A stretch of 64,000 nucleotides of DNA from Clostridiales bacterium (GCA_012838805.1 DUON01000010.1:1072-65071), one strand, 5' to 3'. Counted from the first letter of the stretch, positions 39,682-48,301 are shown. Translations and numbers: made by a program. Notes: generated by a model from the letters alone, not told the origin.

Positions 39682-39710
39682 AATATATCATAGTATAAAT
39701 AAGGTGTCAA
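39682..39710 (-). promoter_or_regulatory. extended -10 sigma-A promoter of the S10 operon
   Basis: On the minus strand: TTGACA (39710-39705), a 17-nt spacer ending in TGA, TATATT (39687-39682). Confidence 0.6.
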
Positions 39711-39770
39711 ACAATTTTATAAATAAAATCCAAGAAAATTAAAAAAAACGCCCAATAAGCCCTATCTTTG

Positions 39771-40313
39771 TCATATTCTAAGCTTTTCAAGCATTCTATT
39801 AAGCTCGTCATTGGGTAAAATATCGTCTTCAATCACCTTTTCTTTTGCTTTTTCTATAATTTTCTGATAGTTCAAACAAGGTTCGCCGTCTATTCTCTCC
39901 CTTTCATAAATATAGCTATCCGCCACATTTTGATTAATGCCTAAGTCGGTATACAGCATATCCTCAAGCTGAATTTGGCATTCCTTCAAGACTTGATTGG
40001 TTCTTTCGATATCCTTTGCCAGCGTTCCCGCCTTGTCCTTGTCCTTTATATACCTAAGCCACTTGTTCCTATATACTCTAAGCCTTTCACACTCCAGAGC
40101 GTATTTTATTTGGGCTTCTTGAACAAGCTCTTCAGACTTCTTCTTGGCAAACGCCAAAGCCTGAACTATTTCTCCGTCCTTTTTGCGGTATTCTTCAAGC
40201 GATATGCTTAAATCGTTGATTTGCTTTTTTAATTCTATTATCCTCTGCGCCTGCTCTTGTATAACCTTATTTGAGTTCTTGATAAGCTGGCAATCTTTGC
40301 ATTTTTTTCTCAT
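39771..40313 (-). CDS. coiled-coil protein with DivIVA-like segment
   Basis: 180 aa with heptad-rich sequence. The stretch …EEYRKKDGEIVQALAFAKKKSEELVQEAQ… resembles the DivIVA domain. The family call is tentative. Confidence 0.5.
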   Translation of the reverse strand: MRKKCKDCQLIKNSNKVIQEQAQRIIELKKQINDLSISLEEYRKKDGEIVQALAFAKKKSEELVQEAQIKYALECERLRVYRNKWLRYIKDKDKAGTLAKDIERTNQVLKECQIQLEDMLYTDLGINQNVADSYIYERERIDGEPCLNYQKIIEKAKEKVIEDDILPNDELNRMLEKLRI

Positions 40314-40579
40314 ACAAAGTAATTATAAACTGTTCTATTTGTATTTAAACACTTTTATTGATTATTTTTGTCTTTTCCTCCCGACAAAATTTATATATGT
40401 TTTATTTATTTTTATCATTATATATATAGGCTTTCGATTTTATAATCCGAAAGAGTATGTCGGCAATCGGTTTTTGTTTTTTTTATTGATTTTATAAATC
40501 AAGGCACAAGTAACAAAAAAATCTTGGAACTAATAAAATGGTAATGACGCAAATATGCGCTACAAAGGAGAAAATGATT

Positions 40580-40816
40580 ATGTACGATTGCTTAGATAAA
40601 AAACCTTGTTCAGCTAGCTGTTTTGGGAAGGAAATCCATCCCGTAAACTTGTTTCTTGTAGAACAAAAGAAATGCTGCAAACCCTGCTGCTGCAAACCCT
40701 GCTGCAAACCCTGCTGCAAACCCTGCTGCTGCAAACCCTGCTGCTGCAAGAAACCCTGCCCTCCAAAATGTTTTTGCATTCCGCTGCTTTTAGTGCTTTG
40801 TGGCAACTGCTGCTAA
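40580..40816 (+). CDS. small cysteine-rich CCKP-repeat protein (78 aa, 24 Cys)
   Basis: AAAGGAG lies 9 nt upstream of the ATG at 40580, and a strong terminator lies 23 nt after the stop. The protein is MYDCLDKKPCSASCFGKEIHPVNLFLVEQKKCCKPCCCKPCCKPCCKPCCCKPCCCKKPCPPKCFCIPLLLVLCGNCC. Confidence 0.7.
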   Translation: MYDCLDKKPCSASCFGKEIHPVNLFLVEQKKCCKPCCCKPCCKPCCKPCCCKPCCCKKPCPPKCFCIPLLLVLCGNCC

Positions 40817-40838
40817 ACGGTTAGCTTAAATATTCAAA

Positions 40839-40868
40839 GTGGCTGTCATATCACAGCCACTTTTTTTT
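40839..40868 (+). terminator. rho-independent terminator of the Cys-rich gene
   Basis: GTGGCTGT-CATATC-ACAGCCAC followed by TTTTTTTT. Confidence 0.8.
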
Positions 40869-40912
40869 ATAATCGTTTTCAAGGTAAATGAACTATTATA
40901 TGTTATGAAGTC

Positions 40913-41950
40913 TTAGCTTGCAACAAAACTATAATTTATATTTATCTTTTTTTGCGATTTTACATGCTCTATATAGTCTATTACCGAATTGGAGCAGATA
41001 GCAAAGCCCAATCCTTCATTGACCATGGACTCTATTATCTTAAACGATACCACACCGACAACCTCGCCATAGATATTAAAAAGCGGGCCGCCGGAGTTTC
41101 CGGGATTTATGGTGGTATTTGTCTGCAAAACACGAATGGTTTTATAACTCCTTGGTGTGTTGGAGACTACGCCGGTAGTTAGCGATATCCCCAAGCCTTG
41201 AGCGTTTCCGATTGTCGCCACTTCCTCGCCTAAATTGACCAAATCAGCGTCGCCAAAGGTCACCGACTTTAACTTGGCAGGCGGATTGACAAACTTGATT
41301 ATGGCAAGGTCCTTTTCAATATCATAATCTATCACTTGCATTTGATACTCTTGAGAGCTGTTGCGATAATTGGCTTTGATAGTTGTATAAACCTTGGTTT
41401 CCGTTCCTATGGGAATGCGGAATCCGCCTAAGTTTTGATAAATTGTTTCCTCGTAAGTGACAACATGGGCGTTTGTGATAGCGTAGCCTTGCTGGTTTAT
41501 TATAAAAGCTGTCGCCTGAGAAGAACTTGAGCTTGAACTTGAAGAGGCTTTGACTTCCAAAACCGAATCGACATTCTCCGCTGCCTTAAGCCCTACGCTG
41601 AAATAGCCCTCTGGAAGATTGTACTCTCTCTTAAAATTATCAATGACCTCTTCGGTTATATATTCGCCCAAGAGGATTGTGGCCGATTGGGTGACTTCAT
41701 CGGTGATGTTGTCGGAGACCATTTCGGATATCTTGGTCGTCAGACGATTGGCAAGGGCGTCGTCAATTCTGTCGTCCAAGCTGTCCATCGCCGTTTGGAA
41801 GTCTTTGTCAAGCTTTTTTTGCATGCTTTGAGAAATCACCGCATACATTATCCCATTGAAAACAAAAGTAACAATAATCGCCGTTATTATTATGACAGTT
41901 ATTTTCTTTTTTTCGGCTTTTTTAGCGTAATGGTTGTCTTCATAGTTCAT
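40913..41950 (-). CDS. membrane-anchored trypsin-like (S1C/HtrA-type) serine protease without PDZ domain
   Basis: An N-terminal TM helix and a poly-Ser linker are present. Catalytic motifs TNAHVV, DLAIIK and GNSGGPLF are present. Confidence 0.85.
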   Translation of the reverse strand: MNYEDNHYAKKAEKKKITVIIITAIIVTFVFNGIMYAVISQSMQKKLDKDFQTAMDSLDDRIDDALANRLTTKISEMVSDNITDEVTQSATILLGEYITEEVIDNFKREYNLPEGYFSVGLKAAENVDSVLEVKASSSSSSSSSQATAFIINQQGYAITNAHVVTYEETIYQNLGGFRIPIGTETKVYTTIKANYRNSSQEYQMQVIDYDIEKDLAIIKFVNPPAKLKSVTFGDADLVNLGEEVATIGNAQGLGISLTTGVVSNTPRSYKTIRVLQTNTTINPGNSGGPLFNIYGEVVGVVSFKIIESMVNEGLGFAICSNSVIDYIEHVKSQKKININYSFVAS

Positions 41951-42128
41951 TTTTCCACCTCAATAAATTTAAGTTCTCTGAAAAATTATTATATTTTTAA
42001 ACCTTAATATAATATTAAGTCATCTTTTAGATTCTATTAATATCTTTTGACTTTTTTATAGATTGATTATACAATTACTTAGCTATTAAAATTGTAATCG
42101 TTAATAATTTTATAGTCAAGGAGATAGG

Positions 42129-43508
42129 ATGGACGACAAAGGATTGAGATCTGACAAGATGAGAAACCAACCAATGGGAAGACTGCTTTGGGGCATGTCC
42201 TTGCCGCCCATGCTTTCCATGCTTTCTCACGCACTTTATAATATTGTGGATTCCATATTCGTTTCCCATTACAATATGAAAGCTTTGGAGGCTATCGCAA
42301 TCGCCTTTCCCCTGCAAATGCTCATTATTGCCTTTGCTACGGGCATAGGCACAGGCTCCAATGCCCTTGTGGCAAAAAAATTGGGAGAGAAAAAGAAAAA
42401 AGAGGCTTCCCTTTCCGCTCAGACAGGACTTTTAATTACTCTTATTTCTGCGGCGCTGTTTATAATAATCGGCGTATTCACCACCAAACCCTTTATCAGC
42501 AGCTTTACCAACGACCCCGAAACAATTTCTTTAGGCGTTCAGTATCTGTCAATCGTGCTTATCTTCAGTCCGTTTGCGTTTGTGGAAATTCATAATTCAA
42601 AGATATTCCAAGCCACCGGCAATATGAAAGTACCCATGATAACCCAGACTTTGGGAGCGGTCATAAATGTCATCTTCGACCCCTTGCTTATTTTTGGAAT
42701 TGGGTTTTTTCCCGAACTGGGAATTAGGGGTGCGGCGATAGCCACCGTCGGCGGACAATTTTGTTCCATGCTTGCGGGGATACTTTTCTTTAGGTTCACC
42801 AAGCAAGATGTTAAACCCTTTTTTGGAAAAGGTTTTCGTTTTAATAAAGAGATAGTGTGGGGAATTATGAAAGTGGGATTGCCGACCACTATATTAAAAG
42901 GCGTGGGCAGCTTTACTGTCACCATACTCAATACAATATTAAGGACATACATAAACGCCATTATGGTCATGGGAATTTATATCCGTCTTCAATCTTTTGT
43001 CTTTATGCCAGTATTCGGGCTCACCCAAGGCGCTTTGCCCATAATGAGCTATAACTATGGCGCCAAGAATAAAAAGAGATACTATAAAGCACTTAAACTC
43101 TCACTTATTGCAGCGGCGGCGATTATGGCGATAGGAACCTTGGTCTTTCAGTTTTTCCCTCAGGCTTTGCTGTCGCTTTTCAACGCCGAAGGAGAGGTCA
43201 TGGCTTTGGGCGTACAAGCTTTCAGGCTGTTAAGCATAAGCTTTATCTTTGCGGCGGTTGGCATTATGCTGACAATAATCTTCCAGTCGCTCACCAACGG
43301 ACTTGCTGCGCTTTGCCTTTCGCTTATGCGTCAAATCGCGCTCTTGATACCTCTTGCTTTTCTATTGAGTCATTTTATCGGACTAAACGGCATATGGCTG
43401 AGCTATTCCATAGCGGAATTTATAAGCATAGCGGTTTTTGTGCCTATAGCTCTGGCTTTCATTAGAAAAAAATTTGATTTAAAAAACAGCGGTCATGAAG
43501 AAATATAA
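42129..43508 (+). CDS. MATE family efflux transporter
   Basis: 459 aa with 12 TM segments and typical MATE N-terminal motifs. AAGGAG lies 5 nt upstream. Confidence 0.9.
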   Translation: MDDKGLRSDKMRNQPMGRLLWGMSLPPMLSMLSHALYNIVDSIFVSHYNMKALEAIAIAFPLQMLIIAFATGIGTGSNALVAKKLGEKKKKEASLSAQTGLLITLISAALFIIIGVFTTKPFISSFTNDPETISLGVQYLSIVLIFSPFAFVEIHNSKIFQATGNMKVPMITQTLGAVINVIFDPLLIFGIGFFPELGIRGAAIATVGGQFCSMLAGILFFRFTKQDVKPFFGKGFRFNKEIVWGIMKVGLPTTILKGVGSFTVTILNTILRTYINAIMVMGIYIRLQSFVFMPVFGLTQGALPIMSYNYGAKNKKRYYKALKLSLIAAAAIMAIGTLVFQFFPQALLSLFNAEGEVMALGVQAFRLLSISFIFAAVGIMLTIIFQSLTNGLAALCLSLMRQIALLIPLAFLLSHFIGLNGIWLSYSIAEFISIAVFVPIALAFIRKKFDLKNSGHEEI

Positions 43509-44610
43509 TTTGGCGCTTACGGCGGCTTCGGGAGTGGAGGGCGTCACAAAGAATGAGCTTAAAAGAATTGGGATAGATCTGTCCCAAGCCATAAACGGAA
43601 AGATTCATTTTCAAGGCTCGCTAATAGACTTGGCAAAGTGCAATATGTTCTTAAGAACGGCGGATAAAGCGCTTTTAGAGGTCGCTAAATTCCAAGCGTT
43701 GAGCTTTGATGAGCTTTTTGAGGGGACTTTTGGCGTCCCTTGGGAAGACTATTTGGACCCTGAAGCTAAGTTTATAATTTACGGCAAAAGCTCAAAAAGC
43801 AAACTTTTTGCTGTAAAAGCCTGTCAAAGCATAATTAAAAAAGCCATTATTGAAAGGCTTAAAAAAAAGACACGCCACAGTGTATTTGAAGAAAAAGGAT
43901 CAAGATATTATATAGATTTCTATATACATGAAGATATCGTCATGCTTTCATTAAACGCTTCGGGAGAGGGCTTGCATAAGAGAGGATATAGAAAGCTTGT
44001 AGGCGAAGCCCCATTAAGGGAAACCCTTGCGGCGGCGATTATTCTGTTGTCCGAATGGAAAAGCGACACCCCTTTCATAGACCCTTTTTGCGGCTCGGGT
44101 ACCCTGCCCATTGAGGCGGCGTTAATGGCTAAGAACATCGCTCCCGGTCTAAATCGAAGTTTTGCTATGGAAGACTATTTCTTTATTGATAAAAAGATTA
44201 TGCAAGATGTTCGACAGAGCGCAAAAGAACAAATCGAATACGATAAACCCCTTCGTATAAGCGGTTTTGATATCGACAAAAAGGCAATAGAACTAAGCGT
44301 TCTTCATGCCCAAAAAGCAGGCGTTAAGGAAGATATTCACTTTCAAGCACAGGATATTTCCAAGTTGTCTTCGAGGTTTTCCCTTGGTACGATAGTAACA
44401 AATCCGCCCTATGGCGAAAGGCTTATGGACAAGTCTTCCGTCATGGACTTATATATAAGGTTGGGCGAAGTTTATAAAAGCCTTGATAGATGGACATTTG
44501 CGGTCTTGACATCCCATAGGGATTTTCAAAGACTTTTTGGGAAAAGGGCTGATAAAAACAGAAAGCTATATAACGCCAAAAAAGAATGCAGGCTATATAT
44601 CCTTAAATAA
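43495..44610 (+). CDS. THUMP-domain class I SAM-dependent RNA methyltransferase (RlmL/YpsC-like)
   Basis: Has an N-terminal THUMP-like region, DPFCGSGTLPIEA SAM motif and TNPPYGERL catalytic motif. Confidence 0.85.
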   Translation: MKKYNLALTAASGVEGVTKNELKRIGIDLSQAINGKIHFQGSLIDLAKCNMFLRTADKALLEVAKFQALSFDELFEGTFGVPWEDYLDPEAKFIIYGKSSKSKLFAVKACQSIIKKAIIERLKKKTRHSVFEEKGSRYYIDFYIHEDIVMLSLNASGEGLHKRGYRKLVGEAPLRETLAAAIILLSEWKSDTPFIDPFCGSGTLPIEAALMAKNIAPGLNRSFAMEDYFFIDKKIMQDVRQSAKEQIEYDKPLRISGFDIDKKAIELSVLHAQKAGVKEDIHFQAQDISKLSSRFSLGTIVTNPPYGERLMDKSSVMDLYIRLGEVYKSLDRWTFAVLTSHRDFQRLFGKRADKNRKLYNAKKECRLYILK

Positions 44611-44611
44611 T

Positions 44612-45256
44612 TTATAGAATATCTTTTATGTCAATAAGATTGTCAACCACAATTGCACCAGTGTTTAATAAATCCTCTTTTTTATTATGACCGCCGCTAA
44701 AGAGAATGCAGTCTATGCCCATATCTTTTGCCACATCAAAGTCATGAGCGGTATCGCCTATCATAAATGCTTTTTTGCCCTTTCCCTTGGTCTTTCTCCA
44801 TTCGATACCTAAATGAGCTTTGCTTTCGGCGTAGACATTGTCAAGCGCAAGTATATCCTCAAAATATTTTTTGATATCAAAGTGAGATAGCTTTTCTTCT
44901 AAAATCGTCTTTTCTGACGCCGATAAAATCGACTGACCTATCCTTTTTTTATGAAAATAGTCCAAGAGTTCTTTTACACCATTATGCAAATGCGCGGACA
45001 TGCTTTCTTTCTTGTAATTTTCAATAAATTCATGCGCAAGTATTTGGTACTCGTTGTCTTCAAACTCAAATCCTATTTTTTTATAGAAGTTTTCTATCGG
45101 GAAACTAAAGAGCTGAAGATACTTTTCTTTGGTTAAGGGGGAGAGGTTTTTCTTTTTTAAGGATATGTTTATGGCTTTTATGTTTTCCTCAATATCGTCA
45201 AAGAGGGTGCCGTTCCAATCCCAGAGGATATGGTCGTACCTATCTCTTTTCGCCAT
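44612..45256 (-). CDS. HAD family hydrolase (phosphoglycolate-phosphatase-like)
   Basis: Motif I is LWDWNGTLFDD and motif IV is MIGDTAHDFD. Confidence 0.8.
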   Translation of the reverse strand: MAKRDRYDHILWDWNGTLFDDIEENIKAINISLKKKNLSPLTKEKYLQLFSFPIENFYKKIGFEFEDNEYQILAHEFIENYKKESMSAHLHNGVKELLDYFHKKRIGQSILSASEKTILEEKLSHFDIKKYFEDILALDNVYAESKAHLGIEWRKTKGKGKKAFMIGDTAHDFDVAKDMGIDCILFSGGHNKKEDLLNTGAIVVDNLIDIKDIL

Positions 45257-45812
45257 GGGATATTCCTCCGTGGTATTGGTTGTATAAGTCTATCTTTTCG
45301 CCCAAGAGCTTTATCATTTCTTCCGCACTGGAGACGGGATAGACCATGTCGTCCTTGATGTTTTCGTACCTTATTCTGTTGTCGATTTTCTTTCCCGCCA
45401 GCTTTCCGCTCCAGCCGTCCACATTTTCATACCCAATAATTAGCCTCTTCAGTGCCCATGCGTGGGCAAGCTCTGAAAGGGTGCCGCTGCCACCGCCTAT
45501 GGCAACCACAGCGTCGGCATTCGCAACTATTACATTCCTATAAATATCAAGACCTGTGGCTACCACAATGTCCGAATACTTGTTTGCCCAAGAACTATCA
45601 AAACAAGGCAAAATCGCCAATGTGTCGCCTTCCTTATAGTTCTTTGAGGACTTTGCACCATGAAAAGCGGCTTCCATAATACCCTTTAAGCCGCCGCTTT
45701 GAACTCTGTAACCGTTATCTACAAGAGCTTTGCCTGCCTCAAACGCAAGTTTATATTTTTCGGAATCGAGTTCTATTATTGCGTCTCCTATTATTGCTAC
45801 TATTTTTCTCAT
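45240..45812 (-). CDS. LOG/TIGR00725 family Rossmann-fold protein
   Basis: The motifs …GGLKGIMEAA… and …AIGGGSGTLSELAHAW… are typical of the family. Confidence 0.7.
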   Translation of the reverse strand: MRKIVAIIGDAIIELDSEKYKLAFEAGKALVDNGYRVQSGGLKGIMEAAFHGAKSSKNYKEGDTLAILPCFDSSWANKYSDIVVATGLDIYRNVIVANADAVVAIGGGSGTLSELAHAWALKRLIIGYENVDGWSGKLAGKKIDNRIRYENIKDDMVYPVSSAEEMIKLLGEKIDLYNQYHGGISHGEKR

Positions 45813-45950
45813 CTTTAACCGTCCTTTGTTAGTTAAATGGTATCTTTCATTATATTCTTTTTGCTTTTATTATTGTTATTATATTACAAAAAATACATTT
45901 GGCTATTTGGACTTGTCGCCCAGCCATTTCCACCAAGTAAAGCCATATAA

Positions 45951-46127
45951 TCAAGTAAGACAAAGGCTTTCCATAACCTTATAGCCATAGAGCCTGCCTT
46001 TTGGGATGCCTTTCCAAACCGCTTCAATCGAATGGATTGTGAACATGCCAAGGGCGAAAATGCCAAGCGCCAAATAAAATAATCCATTGTATATGGATAG
46101 AATCTGTCCAATCAATGCCTTTTTCAT
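45951..46127 (-). CDS. possible small membrane protein (58 aa)
   Basis: MKKALIGQILSIYNGLFYLALGIFALGMFTIHSIEAVWKG… has one clear TM segment. Only a weak SD (GGAAAG) is present. It is the 3' part of a longer track ORF that otherwise overlaps a tRNA. Confidence 0.3.
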   Translation of the reverse strand: MKKALIGQILSIYNGLFYLALGIFALGMFTIHSIEAVWKGIPKGRLYGYKVMESLCLT

Positions 46128-46253
46128 GTGTTTTACTTTCCAAATGTTTTTACAAATTATACCATAGCCAAATTTTTTTTTCAACAAATACAGAGTTTGA
46201 TTTGCATATTGGGAATTTTGATAGTAATATATATAACAACAAAATATTAACGC

Positions 46254-46344
46254 GGAGAGTTGTCCGAGTGGTTGAAGGTGTGGCTCTCGAAAAGCCATAG
46301 ACTTTAATAGAGTCTCTAGGGTTCGAATCCCTAACTCTCCGCCA
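46254..46344 (+). tRNA. tRNA-Ser (anticodon CGA), CCA encoded
   Basis: Cloverleaf read by hand: acceptor GGAGAGT/ACTCTCC, anticodon arm TGGCT-CTCGAAA-AGCCA, long variable arm, T arm TAGGG-TTCGAAT-CCCTA. Confidence 0.9.
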
Positions 46345-46562
46345 CCAAGATACACGAAAAAGGAGCGTATGAACTCGCCCCTAATGTGTGTCTTTTTTGT
46401 TGTTTTTCGCTTGATTTCGCCTATTTTTAGCAACCAACTTACACTCTTTTGATAAATATTACATATCGTTCATTTGGTCTTTGCTAAATTAGGGATATGT
46501 ACCCGCCCATCTATCCGAACAATATCGCTCACATTTTGACCATATCGAACGAAAAGGCTGAC

Positions 46563-47099
46563 TCATTTGTTTTGGCTGTCAAAGCTTATTACATGGGTAT
46601 TGCCGTATTGATCATCAAAGTCGTTCAACTCGTTTATTGCAAAGAGGTTTGTTACTGAATATGTCTGATTCGTGAAATCAAATTCATACAGTGTGGCAAA
46701 GCTGCTATCTTCAGGAATTATGAAATAAGCCTTACCATTGGTTTCGTTGATTTTAGGTCTGATATATGCCATTCGGGTAAACGGGTCTTCGCTGTCGTTA
46801 TTCTGAACTTGTTCGCTTTTATATAATTCGTCGCCCGTATCATACTTAAACAGATAAATAAAATCGGTTACAACAAGCACTTTATCGTTTTGTACGACGA
46901 CTTCGGCTGGACCGTGCTGCCTTATCGTGGATTTGCCAGCCACTTGCTTTCCCCATACAAAATTACCGTCATTGTCAATACATATAAGTTTACAGCTTTG
47001 CCGTGAGAGTATCTGGATGCTGCCTTCATAATCCGTAACCCTTCCCATATCCGCCAGAAAATATAAATATCCCTTATACAAGGCAACATTGGAGCGCAC
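46563..47099 (-). CDS. hypothetical protein, possibly a 5'-truncated fragment
   Basis: 178-aa ORF with only a GTG start. The frame stays open upstream to a stop without an ATG or SD. I recognise no family. Confidence 0.3.
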   Translation of the reverse strand: MRSNVALYKGYLYFLADMGRVTDYEGSIQILSRQSCKLICIDNDGNFVWGKQVAGKSTIRQHGPAEVVVQNDKVLVVTDFIYLFKYDTGDELYKSEQVQNNDSEDPFTRMAYIRPKINETNGKAYFIIPEDSSFATLYEFDFTNQTYSVTNLFAINELNDFDDQYGNTHVISFDSQNK

Positions 47100-47193
47100 T
47101 TCTCCGCCTGTTATAAAGGTATTTGTTATACTTTTTGTGCTGAAAAAGAAGCCTTATTTATATAAAGAATTGGGTTATCTAAAAAGAGAATCA

Positions 47194-47694
47194 CTAATCT
47201 TTTCTTCTCATAAGTATAAATTTATTGACAGGGAATATCAATAAAAACCCGGTGACTTGGGCAATTGTTTTGGCTATCAGACCAGCAAGGTCGGCGTTGT
47301 CGACAACCTTGCAAAGCTCTTTGTTCAAAAGACCGCCTACATAGAGATTGAGGCCGACGACAATAACAATCGCCATTAATGCAAAACCAATGGCGCTCAA
47401 AAAGATGTTGTTGGTGGATTTGAAAGTCTTTTTGAAATTGGTGATGAACTTCAGGGCTTGCCCAACCACGGAAGATACAATAAAAGCGATAAAAGCACCC
47501 AGTCCGCCGGCTTCGGTGGGATAAACAAAGACAAACCAGTTTATAGGTCGGTCAATACCATTTTTTGGCAAAACAGAGTTCAATATCACAAAAACGACAA
47601 GCTCCAGCAGTCCTCCTGTCACCGAAAAAATCGTATATTTGGCGAATTCCCATGCCGTTGGATTTTTAGAGAAAAATTCTTTTATCCTTGCCAT
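47194..47694 (-). CDS. GtrA-like small polytopic membrane protein
   Basis: 166 aa with 4 TM segments. The N-terminal …FAKYTIFSVTGGLLELVVF… resembles the GtrA family. Confidence 0.55.
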   Translation of the reverse strand: MARIKEFFSKNPTAWEFAKYTIFSVTGGLLELVVFVILNSVLPKNGIDRPINWFVFVYPTEAGGLGAFIAFIVSSVVGQALKFITNFKKTFKSTNNIFLSAIGFALMAIVIVVGLNLYVGGLLNKELCKVVDNADLAGLIAKTIAQVTGFLLIFPVNKFILMRRKD

Positions 47695-48001
47695 ATCGTC
47701 ATTCCTCGGCTACATTATAAATGTCTTGCCCCCACCCGTCAAGCCCGATTAAATAAAGCGGTTGCGTATAGCGAAACAAATAAGATTTTATTCCCATTTG
47801 AAAAGAGAGTATTATATGCTCATATTTGGCAATTATCAAAGAAAATACGACCGCTTCAATATTCAAATATTGCCATATGACGCCGACCATCGGAAGGAAA
47901 TATGGCTCAAAATACATGTAAAATAGGTATATTTTACAATGGGCGGATGAATTTTTTTATAAATGCTGATAGATTTTCTTAAAAATTTTTTGAAAAACCG
48001 A

Positions 48002-48030
48002 TTGAAATATAGGATAGGATTTATTATAAT
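48002..48030 (+). promoter_or_regulatory. sigma-A promoter of tRNA-Val
   Basis: TTGAAA, a 17-nt spacer, TATAAT. It ends 13 nt before the mature tRNA 5' end. Confidence 0.65.
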
Positions 48031-48043
48031 ATATTTCAGCGAC

Positions 48044-48119
48044 GGGCAATTAACTCAGCTGGTAGAGTGCCTCCGTCACATGGAGGAAGTCAGGGGTTCG
48101 AGTCCCTTATTGCCCACCA
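48044..48119 (+). tRNA. tRNA-Val (anticodon CAC), CCA encoded
   Basis: Acceptor GGGCAAT/ATTGCCC, D arm ACTC…GAGT, anticodon arm CCTCC-GTCACAT-GGAGG, T arm AGGGG-TTCGAGT-CCCTT. Confidence 0.9.
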
Positions 48120-48146
48120 AACGAGCCAAGCACATCATAAGGTGTG
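48107..48146 (+). repeat. direct repeat copy 1 (last 13 nt of tRNA-Val plus 27 nt downstream)
   Basis: The 40-mer TTATTGCCCACCAAACGAGCCAAGCACATCATAAGGTGTG recurs perfectly at 48262-48301. Confidence 0.9.
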
Positions 48147-48155
48147 CTTTTTTTT
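48129..48155 (+). terminator. rho-independent terminator of tRNA-Val
   Basis: AGCACA-TCATAAGG-TGTGCT followed by TTTTTTT. Confidence 0.75.
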
Positions 48156-48261
48156 AGGCAAAAGATAGCGTGGATTGCTTGCAAGACGAGCGGCTTTTGC
48201 TTAATAAAAAAATGCACCCGTCAGGGTGTATTCGCGAGTGCGACAGGGCACGAACGTTTTG

Positions 48262-48301
48262 TTATTGCCCACCAAACGAGCCAAGCACATCATAAGGTGT
48301 G
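48262..48301 (+). repeat. direct repeat copy 2 (orphan copy of the tRNA-Val 3' end)
   Basis: It is a perfect 40/40 match to 48107-48146. The match ends inside the terminator stem, so this copy has no terminator. Confidence 0.9.

Noticed and set aside
40492-40806. A 104-aa minus-strand ORF with QQGLQQGL repeats.
   Set aside because: It is the antisense mirror of the CCKP repeat. It has no SD, whereas the plus strand has both an SD and a terminator in the correct orientation.
44612-45256. The HAD hydrolase motif I reads DWNGT, with Asn at the Asp+2 position.
   Set aside because: It may indicate altered chemistry, but similar variants exist in the HAD superfamily (for example the DWAGT of phosphonatase). 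I cannot judge its significance without alignments.
45951-46433. A 160-aa minus-strand ORF, and also the 64-aa ORF at 47963-48157.
   Set aside because: Both run across tRNA genes (tRNA-Ser CGA and tRNA-Val). Only the distal 58 codons of the first (45951-46127) are kept, as a low-confidence small ORF.
47699-47917. A 72-aa minus-strand ORF directly upstream of the GtrA-like gene.
   Set aside because: It has no SD and no recognisable family, and its ATG sits inside an AT-rich inverted repeat. It may be a gene fragment, but I could not support it as a CDS.
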